Shown: positions 38,015 to 47,018 of the stretch, in pieces
Numbering within the stretch: the stretch's first letter is position 1
Layout: each line of letters opens with the position of its first letter
DNA from: a bacterium
Lineage (GTDB): Bacteria; JADJOY01
Assembly: GCA_046331705.1 (NCBI GenBank)
Contig: JAXLQJ010000012.1
Span: 1-64,000, forward strand
Direction: 5' to 3'
DNA length: 64,000 bases
Program-made: the position numbers and the translations under genes
Notes under the pieces: model-generated
The model's database searches: none
What the model was told of the DNA's origin: nothing
Seen by the model: only the letters and a program-made list of their open reading frames with translations

Positions 38015-38401
38015 GCGGAGGCGCTCGCCGCCTTGGCCGATCCCACCCGTCGCGCCGTCTTCGAGCGGCTTCGCGACGGCCCACTCACCGTCGGCGAGAT
38101 CGCCGACGGCATACCGGTGTCGCGTCCCGCGGTCTCGCAGCACCTCAAGGTCCTGGAAGGCGCGAGGCTCGTCGCGGCGCGCCAGTCGGGCACGCGGCGG
38201 ATCTATCGCGTCGACCGAGCGGGACTGGCGCTGCTGCGCGGCTACCTCGACTCGTTCTGGGGCGACGTGCTGGACGCGTTTCGCGCCGAGGCCGAGGCGC
38301 AAGCGGCGGCCGAGCGCACCGCCACCATCGCCGCCGCCACGTCCCGAACGAACCGCGCCGCGGCGCGTGGAGCGCGCCGACCCTCGGGGAGGAAGCGATG
38401 A
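38006..38401 (+). CDS. ArsR-family HTH regulator
   Basis: ALADPTRR, VSRPAVSQHLKVL. Confidence 0.9.
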   Translation: MAYAEALAALADPTRRAVFERLRDGPLTVGEIADGIPVSRPAVSQHLKVLEGARLVAARQSGTRRIYRVDRAGLALLRGYLDSFWGDVLDAFRAEAEAQAAAERTATIAAATSRTNRAAARGARRPSGRKR

Positions 38402-38910
38402 GCAGCGTGATCCCGTTTCCAAGGCCCATCGAACCGGTGCGGAAATCCGTGGTGGTGCCGCTCGCGCCGGCGCGGGCGTTTCGACTCTTCACCGAGGGCA
38501 TGGGCCGATGGTGGCCGCTCCTCGGCCACTCGATCTCCGCCGAGCGCGCGGTTTCCTGCTGCATCGAGCCCCGCGTGGGCGGTCTCGTCTACGAGGTTCG
38601 CGACGACGGCGAGCGCTTCCGGTGGGGCGAGATCCGGGCGTGGGCGCCGCCTGCACGCTTCGTGATGTCGTGGCACCCGGGGCGCGACGTTTCGTCCGCG
38701 CAGGAGGTGGAGATCTCGTTCACCGCGGTGCCCGAGGGGACGCGCGTGGACATCGAGCACCGCCACTGGGAGCGGCTGCTGGAGCGCGCGGAGGCGGCAC
38801 GCACGTCCTACGACGAAGGCTGGAACACCGTGCTCGGGCGCTCGTTCGTCGAGGCTTGCAGGGCCGAGGCGGGCTCGGAGCCATCGACGCTCACCTCGGA
38901 GGCACCATGA
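38398..38910 (+). CDS. SRPBCC (AHSA1/START-like) protein
   Basis: AFRLFTEGMGRWWP, EPRVGG, TRVDIEHRHWE, GW. Confidence 0.85.
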   Translation: MSSVIPFPRPIEPVRKSVVVPLAPARAFRLFTEGMGRWWPLLGHSISAERAVSCCIEPRVGGLVYEVRDDGERFRWGEIRAWAPPARFVMSWHPGRDVSSAQEVEISFTAVPEGTRVDIEHRHWERLLERAEAARTSYDEGWNTVLGRSFVEACRAEAGSEPSTLTSEAP

Positions 38911-39509
38911 AACGATGGCTGCGAGGGGTGGTGATCGCCGCTGGGCTGCTTGCATGGACGATCACGCAGCCGGGCTCGGCGCGCGCGGGCGATCGGGTGC
39001 TGCGCGGTGAGATCGTCGTCGACGCGCCCTTGGCGGCGGTCTGGCACGCGTGGACCACCACCGAGGGTGCCACCACGTTCTTCGCGCCCGAGGCCCGCAT
39101 CGAGCCACGTGTCGACGGCGCGTACGAGCTCTATTTCAAGCCCGATGCGCCAGCGGGACTGCGTGGCTCGGAGGGGATGCGAATCCTGAGCTTCGAGCCT
39201 GAGAAGCGGCTGTCCTACAGCTGGAACGCACCGCCGGAGATTCCCGAGATCCGCGGCCAGCGCACCCTGGTCATCGTGGACCTCGAGTCGGTGGCGCCGA
39301 GCCGCACACGGGTGCGGATCACGCACCTCGGCTGGGGAACGGGTGAAGCGTGGGATCGGGCCTACGCGTACTTCGACCGCGCGTGGGGGAAGATCGTGCT
39401 GCCGCGGTTGGTGGCGCGCTTCGCGAGCGGTCCCATCGATTGGAGCGATCCGCCTGGCGCCGACGCGAGCGCACCGTCGCTCGTGCTCGACCTGGCCCCG
39501 GCGTCGTAG
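38907..39509 (+). CDS. SRPBCC protein with signal peptide
   Basis: VWHAWTT, LSYSWNAPP, TRVRITHLGWG. ATG 38907. Confidence 0.85.
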   Translation: MKRWLRGVVIAAGLLAWTITQPGSARAGDRVLRGEIVVDAPLAAVWHAWTTTEGATTFFAPEARIEPRVDGAYELYFKPDAPAGLRGSEGMRILSFEPEKRLSYSWNAPPEIPEIRGQRTLVIVDLESVAPSRTRVRITHLGWGTGEAWDRAYAYFDRAWGKIVLPRLVARFASGPIDWSDPPGADASAPSLVLDLAPAS

Positions 39510-39531
39510 GGCTCGCCGCCAGGCGAACCGT

Positions 39532-40335
39532 TCAACCGAGGGCGGCGCGCGCCCGGGCCACGAGGTCCACCAGCTCGCGGCGAGCGTCCTCGGCGGTGCG
39601 CACCTCGGACGAGAACGCGAGACGGATCGGACGCGGTCCCGCGGCGGTGGTGGCGGACATCTCGAATCCGTAGCGATCCACGGCCGTCATCGTCGCGGCG
39701 GAGGTGTCGGTCGCTCTCGAGAAGGCGCGGCAATAGAGCGCCAGCGCGTCGGCGTGATCGGCGTTCATGTGATCGAGGATGCGCGCCGCGTGGGCGGCGA
39801 GCGGATCGCACTCGGCGGCGAGAAAGGCCGCGGCGTCCACCCACGACATGCGACCGTAGCCGCCGATGTAGCGGACGGCGGACACGTCGAGTCGCCAGAA
39901 TCCGAAATCGCCGAAGTCGGCGTAGTAGGCCGAGTTGGGGTGCGCGGCCAGAAAGGCCGTGCGAGCTCGCTCGCATTCCGAGGCGTCCGTGACCCGGCGG
40001 CAGTCGCCGATCAGCGTCACGCGGCCGTTCGCCAGCGGGTCCGCTTGGCGGGATTCCGCGATCAGCAGCGAAGCTCGCGGATCACCGCGCAGGTTGCGGG
40101 TGTGCTCGGCGAGGTCGGAGATCAAGAAGACCGGATGGCCCTCATCGAGGGCGAACGTGACGAACGAGCCGTAGGGGTAGCCCGCCGGGTCCGCGGCGAT
40201 CGTGGCGAGTGTCGCGGTTCGGATCGTCGCCGCCAGCGTGCGCGCCCGCTCCCCATGGCTCGGCGTCGGTACGCTCGTGTCGTAGAGAGCTTCTTGCGAG
40301 ACGCCGCGCCGTGGCACTCCGTGTCCACTCGTCAT
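39532..40335 (-). CDS. HugZ-like pyridoxamine 5'-phosphate oxidase-fold protein with DUF2470
   Basis: GYPYGS, ISDLAEHTRNL, RYIGGYGRMSWV, ILDHMNADH. Confidence 0.88.
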   Translation of the reverse strand: MTSGHGVPRRGVSQEALYDTSVPTPSHGERARTLAATIRTATLATIAADPAGYPYGSFVTFALDEGHPVFLISDLAEHTRNLRGDPRASLLIAESRQADPLANGRVTLIGDCRRVTDASECERARTAFLAAHPNSAYYADFGDFGFWRLDVSAVRYIGGYGRMSWVDAAAFLAAECDPLAAHAARILDHMNADHADALALYCRAFSRATDTSAATMTAVDRYGFEMSATTAAGPRPIRLAFSSEVRTAEDARRELVDLVARARAALG

Positions 40336-40402
40336 GGGCGCAGCATCCGCCGCGCTCGCGCTCGCTGCAAGCGCACCGGGCAACGGCTCGGCATGGCTCG
40401 GA

Positions 40403-41507
40403 TCACTTCAGCGACGACGGGGACGTGCTCGCGAGCGCCGCGCACGGACGCGGCTCCGCCGTGATCGCGAGCACGTCGTCGTTCGCGGGGTCGCCGCCGT
40501 CGTCCTCGCCATCCTCGCCCGCGCTCCACACCAGGAACGAGCCGTCGGCGCTCGGGCGGTAACCGAGCGCGGCGCGGTCGGTCCGAAACGGATCGCGCGG
40601 CACCGATCCCAGCCAACTGGGCACGAGCGCGTCGAGCGAATCGGGCAGCGAGCCGGTCGCGAGGCGGTGGCTGCGTATGGCGAGCGCGACGCTCGCGCGG
40701 GAGGCCGCGCTCAGCACTCGCCCAGCCGCCGTCGCGATACCGGGCTGCAGTTCGGCGCGCGCTTGCTCGCCTCGCTCGTCCGCGCGGGCGCGCAGCCACG
40801 CGTATCCGGGCAGCACGACCTCCACGGCGTGATCGGCGGCGCGGCTTCTCGTCTCGTCGCGCACGATGGCGTTCGCATCGAAGGCTTCGGACCAGGTGGA
40901 GACGTTCTTCGCCAGCTCCCCGGCCAAGCGCCGTAGCAATGTTTCGTCGTTCGGTGCCATGCGCGCCTCGCAGAGCAACCCCGGACCGGCGTATTGCGCG
41001 ATCGCAATCCCGGCGAGGGCGCGAACGACCAATCGGCGAGAATGATTCGCGTCGGCGTCGGATTGGACACGATGACGTCGAGACAAGCCTCCGCGCCGTC
41101 ATCGCTCATCCGCAGATTCCACACCTCGAGCGGGATCTCGTCGCGAGGGTGACTCGCAACTCCGATCGAGACGAGCGTGACCAGCACGGCGACGCCGAGC
41201 AGCAGCGGATCGCTCCGGCTCACCACGGGCTCACCCGGGCGAAGGGCGGCCACCACAGCGCGACGTTGCACACGTCGATCAACGCGAGCCACGCGAGCAG
41301 CACAGGCCAGAGCGTGCCAAGCGCGTCATTCGCTCGAAAGGCCGGAGTCCAGTCCGCGTACGCCTCACGTCGCGCGGCCGCCATGCGCCACGCGATCACG
41401 CCGATCGCGGTGTCACTGAGCGCGTACGCGCAGACGATCGCGAAGGGCAGCGGAAGCCGGGTGCGAGGTTCCGGCGAGCCGAGCGGCGGCGCGTCGTCCG
41501 AGCTCAC
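40403..41507 (-). pseudogene. Fragmented membrane-protein gene(s) with a GspG-like C-terminal motif
   Basis: Protein-like segments in three successive frames (41220..41507, 40711..41292, 40403..41086). The last ends ATGSLPDSLDALVP...PRDPF...WSAGEDGEDDGG. Confidence 0.4.
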
Positions 41508-41556
41508 GAGCCGAGACTACGAAGCCGATCGCGACGACGCAATCACGGCACGTGGC

Positions 41557-42753
41557 TCACGGATTCCCGGGATCGAACTCGATCGCGAGTCGCTCGATTC
41601 CGCGCACGAAGTTGGACGGTCGGTAGGAGATCTCGGCATCGGGCGCGAGCGCGAAGTCGGGGATGCGCCTGAGCAGCTCCTCGAACGTCACGCGGATCTC
41701 GAGGCGCGCGAGGTTGGCGCCCAGGCAATGGTGGGCGCCGTGACCGCCGAAGGCGACGTGCGGGTTGGGGTCGCGCTCGACGTCGAAGCGGTCGGGATCG
41801 GCGAAGACGTCCTCGTCGCGGTTGGCGGAGGGGTAGAGCAGGAGCAGCTTGTCGCCGGCACGGATGGTCTTGCCGCCGAGCGCCAGGTCCCGAGTGGCGG
41901 TGCGGTTCATGTTCACGATCGGCGATCCCCAGCGCAGGAACTCCTCGACGGCCACCGGGATCTTGTGTGGCTGCTCGACGAGCTTCCGGCGTTGCTCGGG
42001 CTGTCGGGCGAGCTCGGCCATCGCCGCGGACAGCACGTTGCGTGTCGTCTCGTTGCCGCCGATCAAGAGCAGCAGGGATTCGTGGAGCAGCGCGTAGTCG
42101 TCGAGCGGTGCGCCGCTCTCGTCGGTCGCGTTGGCGAGGATGCTCATGAGATCGTCGCGCGGGCTGGCGCGACGATCGGCGACGATCGCGTCGAACGCCT
42201 CGCGGTACTCGACGAGTGCGATCGCGGCGGCGGCGGCGACGTCGTCCGGTGCGCTCGCGGCGCTACCCGCGACCATGTCGTCGGACCATCGCTGAAGCTG
42301 GTCGCGATCCTCGGCGCGAAAGCCGAGCAGCGTACCGATCATGATCATCGGTAGCGGTGCAGCGAGCGCCTCCACGAAGTCGCACCGTCCGAGCGGCAGC
42401 ACCGCGTCGATCAAGCGATTCACCGTGGCGCGCAGGAAGGGCTCGTGCTGTGCCACGCGTCGCGGCGTGAAGCCCTTGTTCACCAGCGAGCGCCGCAGAT
42501 TGTGCTGCGGATTGTCCATGTTGATCATCGTCGGAAACGGCTCGGCATCGGGACGCGAGCCGCTCGCGGACGAGAAGAGCTCGGGATGCGCCGACACGTG
42601 CATAACGTCGCCGTGGCGGGTGATTCCCCAGACCTGCCCCAGCTCGTCCCAGTGGACCGGGTCGTGGCGGCGCAGCCAGCGGAACGCGGCGAACGGGTCC
42701 GCCGCGTAGAACGCGCCGTCCAGCAGTCGAATCGGGGGTTTGGTGTGGGGCAT
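41557..42753 (-). CDS. Cytochrome P450 (CYP125/142-like)
   Basis: GGNETT, EEFLR, HVAFGGHGAHHCLG heme-binding Cys. Confidence 0.93.
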   Translation of the reverse strand: MPHTKPPIRLLDGAFYAADPFAAFRWLRRHDPVHWDELGQVWGITRHGDVMHVSAHPELFSSASGSRPDAEPFPTMINMDNPQHNLRRSLVNKGFTPRRVAQHEPFLRATVNRLIDAVLPLGRCDFVEALAAPLPMIMIGTLLGFRAEDRDQLQRWSDDMVAGSAASAPDDVAAAAAIALVEYREAFDAIVADRRASPRDDLMSILANATDESGAPLDDYALLHESLLLLIGGNETTRNVLSAAMAELARQPEQRRKLVEQPHKIPVAVEEFLRWGSPIVNMNRTATRDLALGGKTIRAGDKLLLLYPSANRDEDVFADPDRFDVERDPNPHVAFGGHGAHHCLGANLARLEIRVTFEELLRRIPDFALAPDAEISYRPSNFVRGIERLAIEFDPGNP

Positions 42754-42875
42754 GGGTTCGCCTCGGCTCGAATCCAACATTCGCTCGATGGTGGGTGCGA
42801 GCGTTTGCCTACGATACTTCCCCGGTCGACTGCAACGAGCGCTCGCGCGCCTCGGCTCGCAGCGCGCACCCGCTC

Positions 42876-44117
42876 ATGGACGTTCGAACCTCATCGCTCG
42901 GCACCGCGACGCGCTTGCGCGATCGCCGCCGCGCGCCCTGGCTCGCACGCACGGCGACGCTCGGCGCGCTCTGGCTCGTCGGCTGTGGCGGTGGTGGTGG
43001 CGGCGCCGCGCCGATCCCGACAGGGCTCGTGGACGGGCCGATCGTCGGACGCGTGAGCGCCAGCTCCGCGACGATCGCGTGGCGCACGGGAGCCCCCGAG
43101 GTCGGCCGCGTCGAGCTCGGCCTCGATGCGACCTACGGTGACACGGCGAGCGAGGTGTCGGCGACCACCGAGCATCGCGTGGTGCTGGAAGGGCTCGGCG
43201 CCGACACGACCCATCACTACCGAATCGCAGTGGCTGGCGGAGGCGATCCCGAGGCGCTCGCCGATCACACCGTCCACACCGCGCCGCGCGACAGCGGCGA
43301 GCACTTCCGGTTCGCGGTCGTCGGCGATTCGGGCTCGGGGTCTCCCGAGGAGTCCGCGATCGTCGAGCTCATCGACGCAGCGCAGCCGGAGCTCGTTCTC
43401 CACACGGGCGACATCGCGTACGGCGCCGGCACGAACGCGCAGGTGGAGGCGCGCTTCTTGGCGCCCTACGAGCCGCTTCTCGACCACGTGCCGGTCTACG
43501 CCTCGCTCGGCAATCACGACGCCGCCACCGACGGTGGCGCGCCGCTGCTCGCGGCCACCGTTCTCCCCACCAACGACGTCGACGGCAGCTCGCACTTCTA
43601 CTCCTACGATTGGGGCGGCGTTCACTTCGTGGCGCTCGACTCGAACCAGTCCCTCGCGCCTGGCAGCGCCCAGCTCGCTTGGCTCGACGCCGATCTCGCT
43701 GCCAGCAGCGCGGACTGGCGCGTGCTCTTCTTCCATCACCCGCCCTACAGCTCGTCGAAGCACGGCAGCAACGAGGCGCTGCGGGCGGCGCTCACGCCGG
43801 TCCTCGATCGCCATCACGTCGACCTCGTCTTCAACGGTCACGATCACGACTACGAGCGCACGCTGCCGATGGCGAGCGGCGCCGTCGCCGATCCCAGCCT
43901 CGGCCCCGACTACGTGGATGCCGCCGGCACGGTGTTCGTGGTCACGGGCGGCGGCGGCCAGGCGCTCTACGCCGCCGGCGCGAGTGCCTTCACCGCCTCG
44001 TCGGAGTCGAGCTTCCACTTCGTCCAGGTGGACGTGGACGGCCGCGCGCTCGCCGTCACCGCGATCCGGATCGACGGCTCGGTCCTCGACCGGTTCTCGC
44101 TCGCGAAGGCCGGCTGA
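42876..44117 (+). CDS. Purple-acid-phosphatase-type metallophosphoesterase with N-terminal FN3-like domain, lipoprotein
   Basis: GDSG, TGDIAY, GNHD, HHPPY, GHDHDYER. LVGC lipobox. Confidence 0.9.
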   Translation: MDVRTSSLGTATRLRDRRRAPWLARTATLGALWLVGCGGGGGGAAPIPTGLVDGPIVGRVSASSATIAWRTGAPEVGRVELGLDATYGDTASEVSATTEHRVVLEGLGADTTHHYRIAVAGGGDPEALADHTVHTAPRDSGEHFRFAVVGDSGSGSPEESAIVELIDAAQPELVLHTGDIAYGAGTNAQVEARFLAPYEPLLDHVPVYASLGNHDAATDGGAPLLAATVLPTNDVDGSSHFYSYDWGGVHFVALDSNQSLAPGSAQLAWLDADLAASSADWRVLFFHHPPYSSSKHGSNEALRAALTPVLDRHHVDLVFNGHDHDYERTLPMASGAVADPSLGPDYVDAAGTVFVVTGGGGQALYAAGASAFTASSESSFHFVQVDVDGRALAVTAIRIDGSVLDRFSLAKAG

Positions 44118-44154
44118 GCCGCGCAGCGTCCGCGCACGCTCTTCCGCATCACGG

Positions 44155-44190
44155 CGTCGGCATCGCGCCGTCGGCATCGCGCCGTCGGCA
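44155..44190 (+). repeat. Short tandem repeat, 14-bp unit, about 2.6 copies
   Basis: CGTCGGCATCGCGC twice plus CGTCGGCA, intergenic. Confidence 0.7.
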
Positions 44191-44234
44191 CCCCCGTGCC
44201 GAACCGAATCGGGTGGCTTACGCTTGCCGTCACC

Positions 44235-44669
44235 ATGGATCCGGTGCTGAAAGCCGCGTTTCCGCGCCTCACGGACGCGGATCTCGAGCGCCTCGCGGCG
44301 CTGGCCGAGCGCGCGTTCCTCCGCGCCGGCGAGGTCGTCCTGGCCGAAGGCGAGCTCAACCGCACGCTCTTCCTGGTACGCGAAGGCCGGCTGCGGGTGG
44401 AGAAGGACGCCGACGGCAGGCGCGTGGAGGTCGCGCAGCTCGCGCCCGGCGAGCTCTTCGGCGACGTGTCGTTCGTGGCGGGTGGGGCCGTCACCGCGAG
44501 CGTCGTCGTCGACCAGGCCGCCGCGCTCGACCGCATCGACGGCGCGAGCCTCGATGCGCTCTTGGCCGCCGACGCCGCCCTCGCGGCGCGCTTCTACCAC
44601 TCGGTGGCGCAAGGCCTCGCCGAGCGCTTGCGCGATCGCACCGAGGCGTTCGCGGTCGGGATCTTCTGA
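44235..44669 (+). CDS. Stand-alone cyclic-nucleotide-binding domain protein
   Basis: LFLVREGRLRV, PGELFGDVSF. Confidence 0.85.
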   Translation: MDPVLKAAFPRLTDADLERLAALAERAFLRAGEVVLAEGELNRTLFLVREGRLRVEKDADGRRVEVAQLAPGELFGDVSFVAGGAVTASVVVDQAAALDRIDGASLDALLAADAALAARFYHSVAQGLAERLRDRTEAFAVGIF

Positions 44670-44673
44670 TCGC

Positions 44674-45627
44674 TCAGGCGAGTCGCGCGCGCGACCGCTC
44701 GAGCCGCTCGCGGTCGCGTTCGTCCTGCTCGTGACGCGCGAGCGCCAGCGCGCCCGACACTTGCAGCGCCGTCGCATTGGCGAGCTTCTGCTGGTCGTCG
44801 CCGAACGAGTCCGCGCGATCGGTGGCGAAGACCAGCACGCCGAGGCCCTCGTTCTCCTGGTAGAGCGGCACCACGATGCTGGCGCGACCCGACCACGGCT
44901 GGTTCGCGGCATGCTCGTCGTCGTGCCCCGTGAGGACGGCTTCGCCGCTCTCGAACGCGGCGGCGATTCGCGAGTCGTCGGCGGCGAGCGGCTCGATGCC
45001 CTCGTGCCGCTCGGCCGCGGGTCCTTCGACGGCGAGCCATTCGTAGCTCTCGGAGAACCGGTTCCAGAGCCCGATCGCGGAGCGCGTGGCGCCGAGCCCC
45101 GAGTGGAGCCGGGTGAGGACCTCGCGAGCGAGGACCTGCGGGTCGCGCACCGTGCCCGCGATCTTGCCGGTCTCGTAGACGGTGACGAGGTTCTGCGTCG
45201 CGCGTCGCAGCGAGCCGCTCAGGTTGGCGACGATCGCCACCAGGAGCCGCGCCAGATCGGCAGGGCGCTCACCGAGGAGCCGCCGCAGCTCGTCTCTGCC
45301 GATGGCCACCAAGCGAGTGGCGCCGTCCGCGACCGCGCCCGCCGAGCGCGGCCGATCGTCGAACACCGACATCTCGCCGAACGAGCTGCCGGGTCCGAGC
45401 GCCGTGAGCACCAACGTGCCGCCGTCGTCGAGCTGGCGGACGATCCGCACCGAGCCCTCGGCAACCAGGTACCACGCGTCCCCGGGATCGCCCTCGCGAA
45501 ACACCGTGGCGCCGTCGTCGAACGAGCGCTCCACGGCGAGCGCCGCGAGCTGGCCGAGGATCTCGCTCGGCAACGCCTGGAACATCGGCAGCCGCCCGAG
45601 CACGTGGACGATCGCGTCGTTGCTCAT
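44674..45627 (-). CDS. cNMP-binding plus GAF domain protein
   Basis: VFREGDPG, FGEMS, PRSA. C-terminal GAF (SIVVPL, GVL, F...QQKL). Confidence 0.88.
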   Translation of the reverse strand: MSNDAIVHVLGRLPMFQALPSEILGQLAALAVERSFDDGATVFREGDPGDAWYLVAEGSVRIVRQLDDGGTLVLTALGPGSSFGEMSVFDDRPRSAGAVADGATRLVAIGRDELRRLLGERPADLARLLVAIVANLSGSLRRATQNLVTVYETGKIAGTVRDPQVLAREVLTRLHSGLGATRSAIGLWNRFSESYEWLAVEGPAAERHEGIEPLAADDSRIAAAFESGEAVLTGHDDEHAANQPWSGRASIVVPLYQENEGLGVLVFATDRADSFGDDQQKLANATALQVSGALALARHEQDERDRERLERSRARLA

Positions 45628-45672
45628 GCCTCGCTCCTGGCGTTCGACGGATGGCTCGACATCGCGAGAGCG

Positions 45673-46842
45673 TCAGCGATTGAAGAAGCCTTTGCCGCCA
45701 GGCGGCGGCGGTCGCGTGCCGGGACCGGCAGGCGCCCCGGGCGCGACGGGGCGCGCGCCGGGAGCGGCGGAAGGCGCCGCGCCGATGGCCGCCGCGGTGG
45801 TGGCCGCCTGCGCCTGGTTCGAGCCGTACTTCTGCGCCTCCTCCTGCGAGATGAGGCCGCGCGCAGCGAGATCGGCGAGGGCCTTGTCGAGCGACACCAT
45901 GCCGTAGCGCGCACCCGATTCGATGGCGCTGTAGAGCTGATGGGTCTTCCCCTCGCGAATCAGGTTCGCGATGGCATTGGTGACCACCATGACCTCGCGC
46001 GCGGCGACGCGGCCCTTGCCGTCGGCGCGCGGGATGAGCTGCTGGCACACGACGCCTTTCAGCGACGACGAGAGCTGCATGCGGATCTGTTGCTGTTGGT
46101 ACGCCGGAAAGACGTCGATGATGCGGTCGACGGTGTGCGGCGCGTCGGTGGTGTGCAGCGTTCCGAACACCAGGTGCCCGGTCTCCGCCACGGTCACCGC
46201 GATCTGGATCGTCTCCAGGTCGCGCATCTCGCCGATCAAGATCACGTCCGGGTCCTGGCGCAGCGCGGACTTGAGGGCGTTGGCGAAGCTCTTGGTGTGG
46301 GGGCCGACCTGGCGCTGCGAGATCACGCTCTGGGCGCTCGTGTACTCGAACTCGATCGGATCCTCGACGGTGAGTATGTGGGCGCGGCGAGTCTGGTTCA
46401 CGACCTGCAACAAGCAGGCGAGGGTCGTGGATTTGCCCGAGCCCGTGGGGCCGGTCACCAGCACCAAGCCGCGATGAAGGCCCGCGAAGCTCAGGATGGT
46501 GTCGTCGAGCGCGATGTCCCGGGGCTCGGGGATCTTGCTCGGGATGACGCGCAGCACCGAGCACACGCCCGCTTTCTGCACGAAGGCGTTGGCGCGGAAG
46601 CGCCCCACGTCGGGCACGACCAGCGCGAAGTCGAGCTCGCGGCGCTCGTCGAGCTCCCGCCGTTGCTCGGCGTCCATGACCTCCAGGATCAGGCGCCGCG
46701 TGGTGTCCGCGTCGAGAGCTGGAAAGCCTTCGATCGGCGTCAGCTCGCCCTTCACGCGCACCATCGGCGGCTTGCCGATGGTGACGTGGATGTCGGAGGC
46801 ACCGCCGCTCACGGCCTTGGCGAGAATCGATGCGATCTGCAT
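45673..46842 (-). CDS. pilT: Type IV pilus retraction ATPase
   Basis: ASDIH, GPTGSGKSTT, TVEDPIE, LRQDPDVILIGEMRD, TLHT, AIANLIRE. Confidence 0.93.
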   Translation of the reverse strand: MQIASILAKAVSGGASDIHVTIGKPPMVRVKGELTPIEGFPALDADTTRRLILEVMDAEQRRELDERRELDFALVVPDVGRFRANAFVQKAGVCSVLRVIPSKIPEPRDIALDDTILSFAGLHRGLVLVTGPTGSGKSTTLACLLQVVNQTRRAHILTVEDPIEFEYTSAQSVISQRQVGPHTKSFANALKSALRQDPDVILIGEMRDLETIQIAVTVAETGHLVFGTLHTTDAPHTVDRIIDVFPAYQQQQIRMQLSSSLKGVVCQQLIPRADGKGRVAAREVMVVTNAIANLIREGKTHQLYSAIESGARYGMVSLDKALADLAARGLISQEEAQKYGSNQAQAATTAAAIGAAPSAAPGARPVAPGAPAGPGTRPPPPGGKGFFNR

Positions 46843-47018
46843 GAGCTCCCTGGCCTCCCGAGCGCTCGCTCGAGGCGCGCTCGCCGCTCGCCAGCCGCAT
46901 CCGGGCCGGCGCCGCGGCCGAGACTACACCAATCGCCCCTCGCGACGCTGCGTGGCGCGCCTGCCGTCGCGGCGATCGGAGATAGTCTCTCGCGCGGCGG
47001 GAGCCCGCCGCGGAAACC

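Noticed and set aside
44155-44190. 14-bp tandem repeat as a CRISPR array
   Set aside because: No spacers, fewer than three units, and no cas genes.
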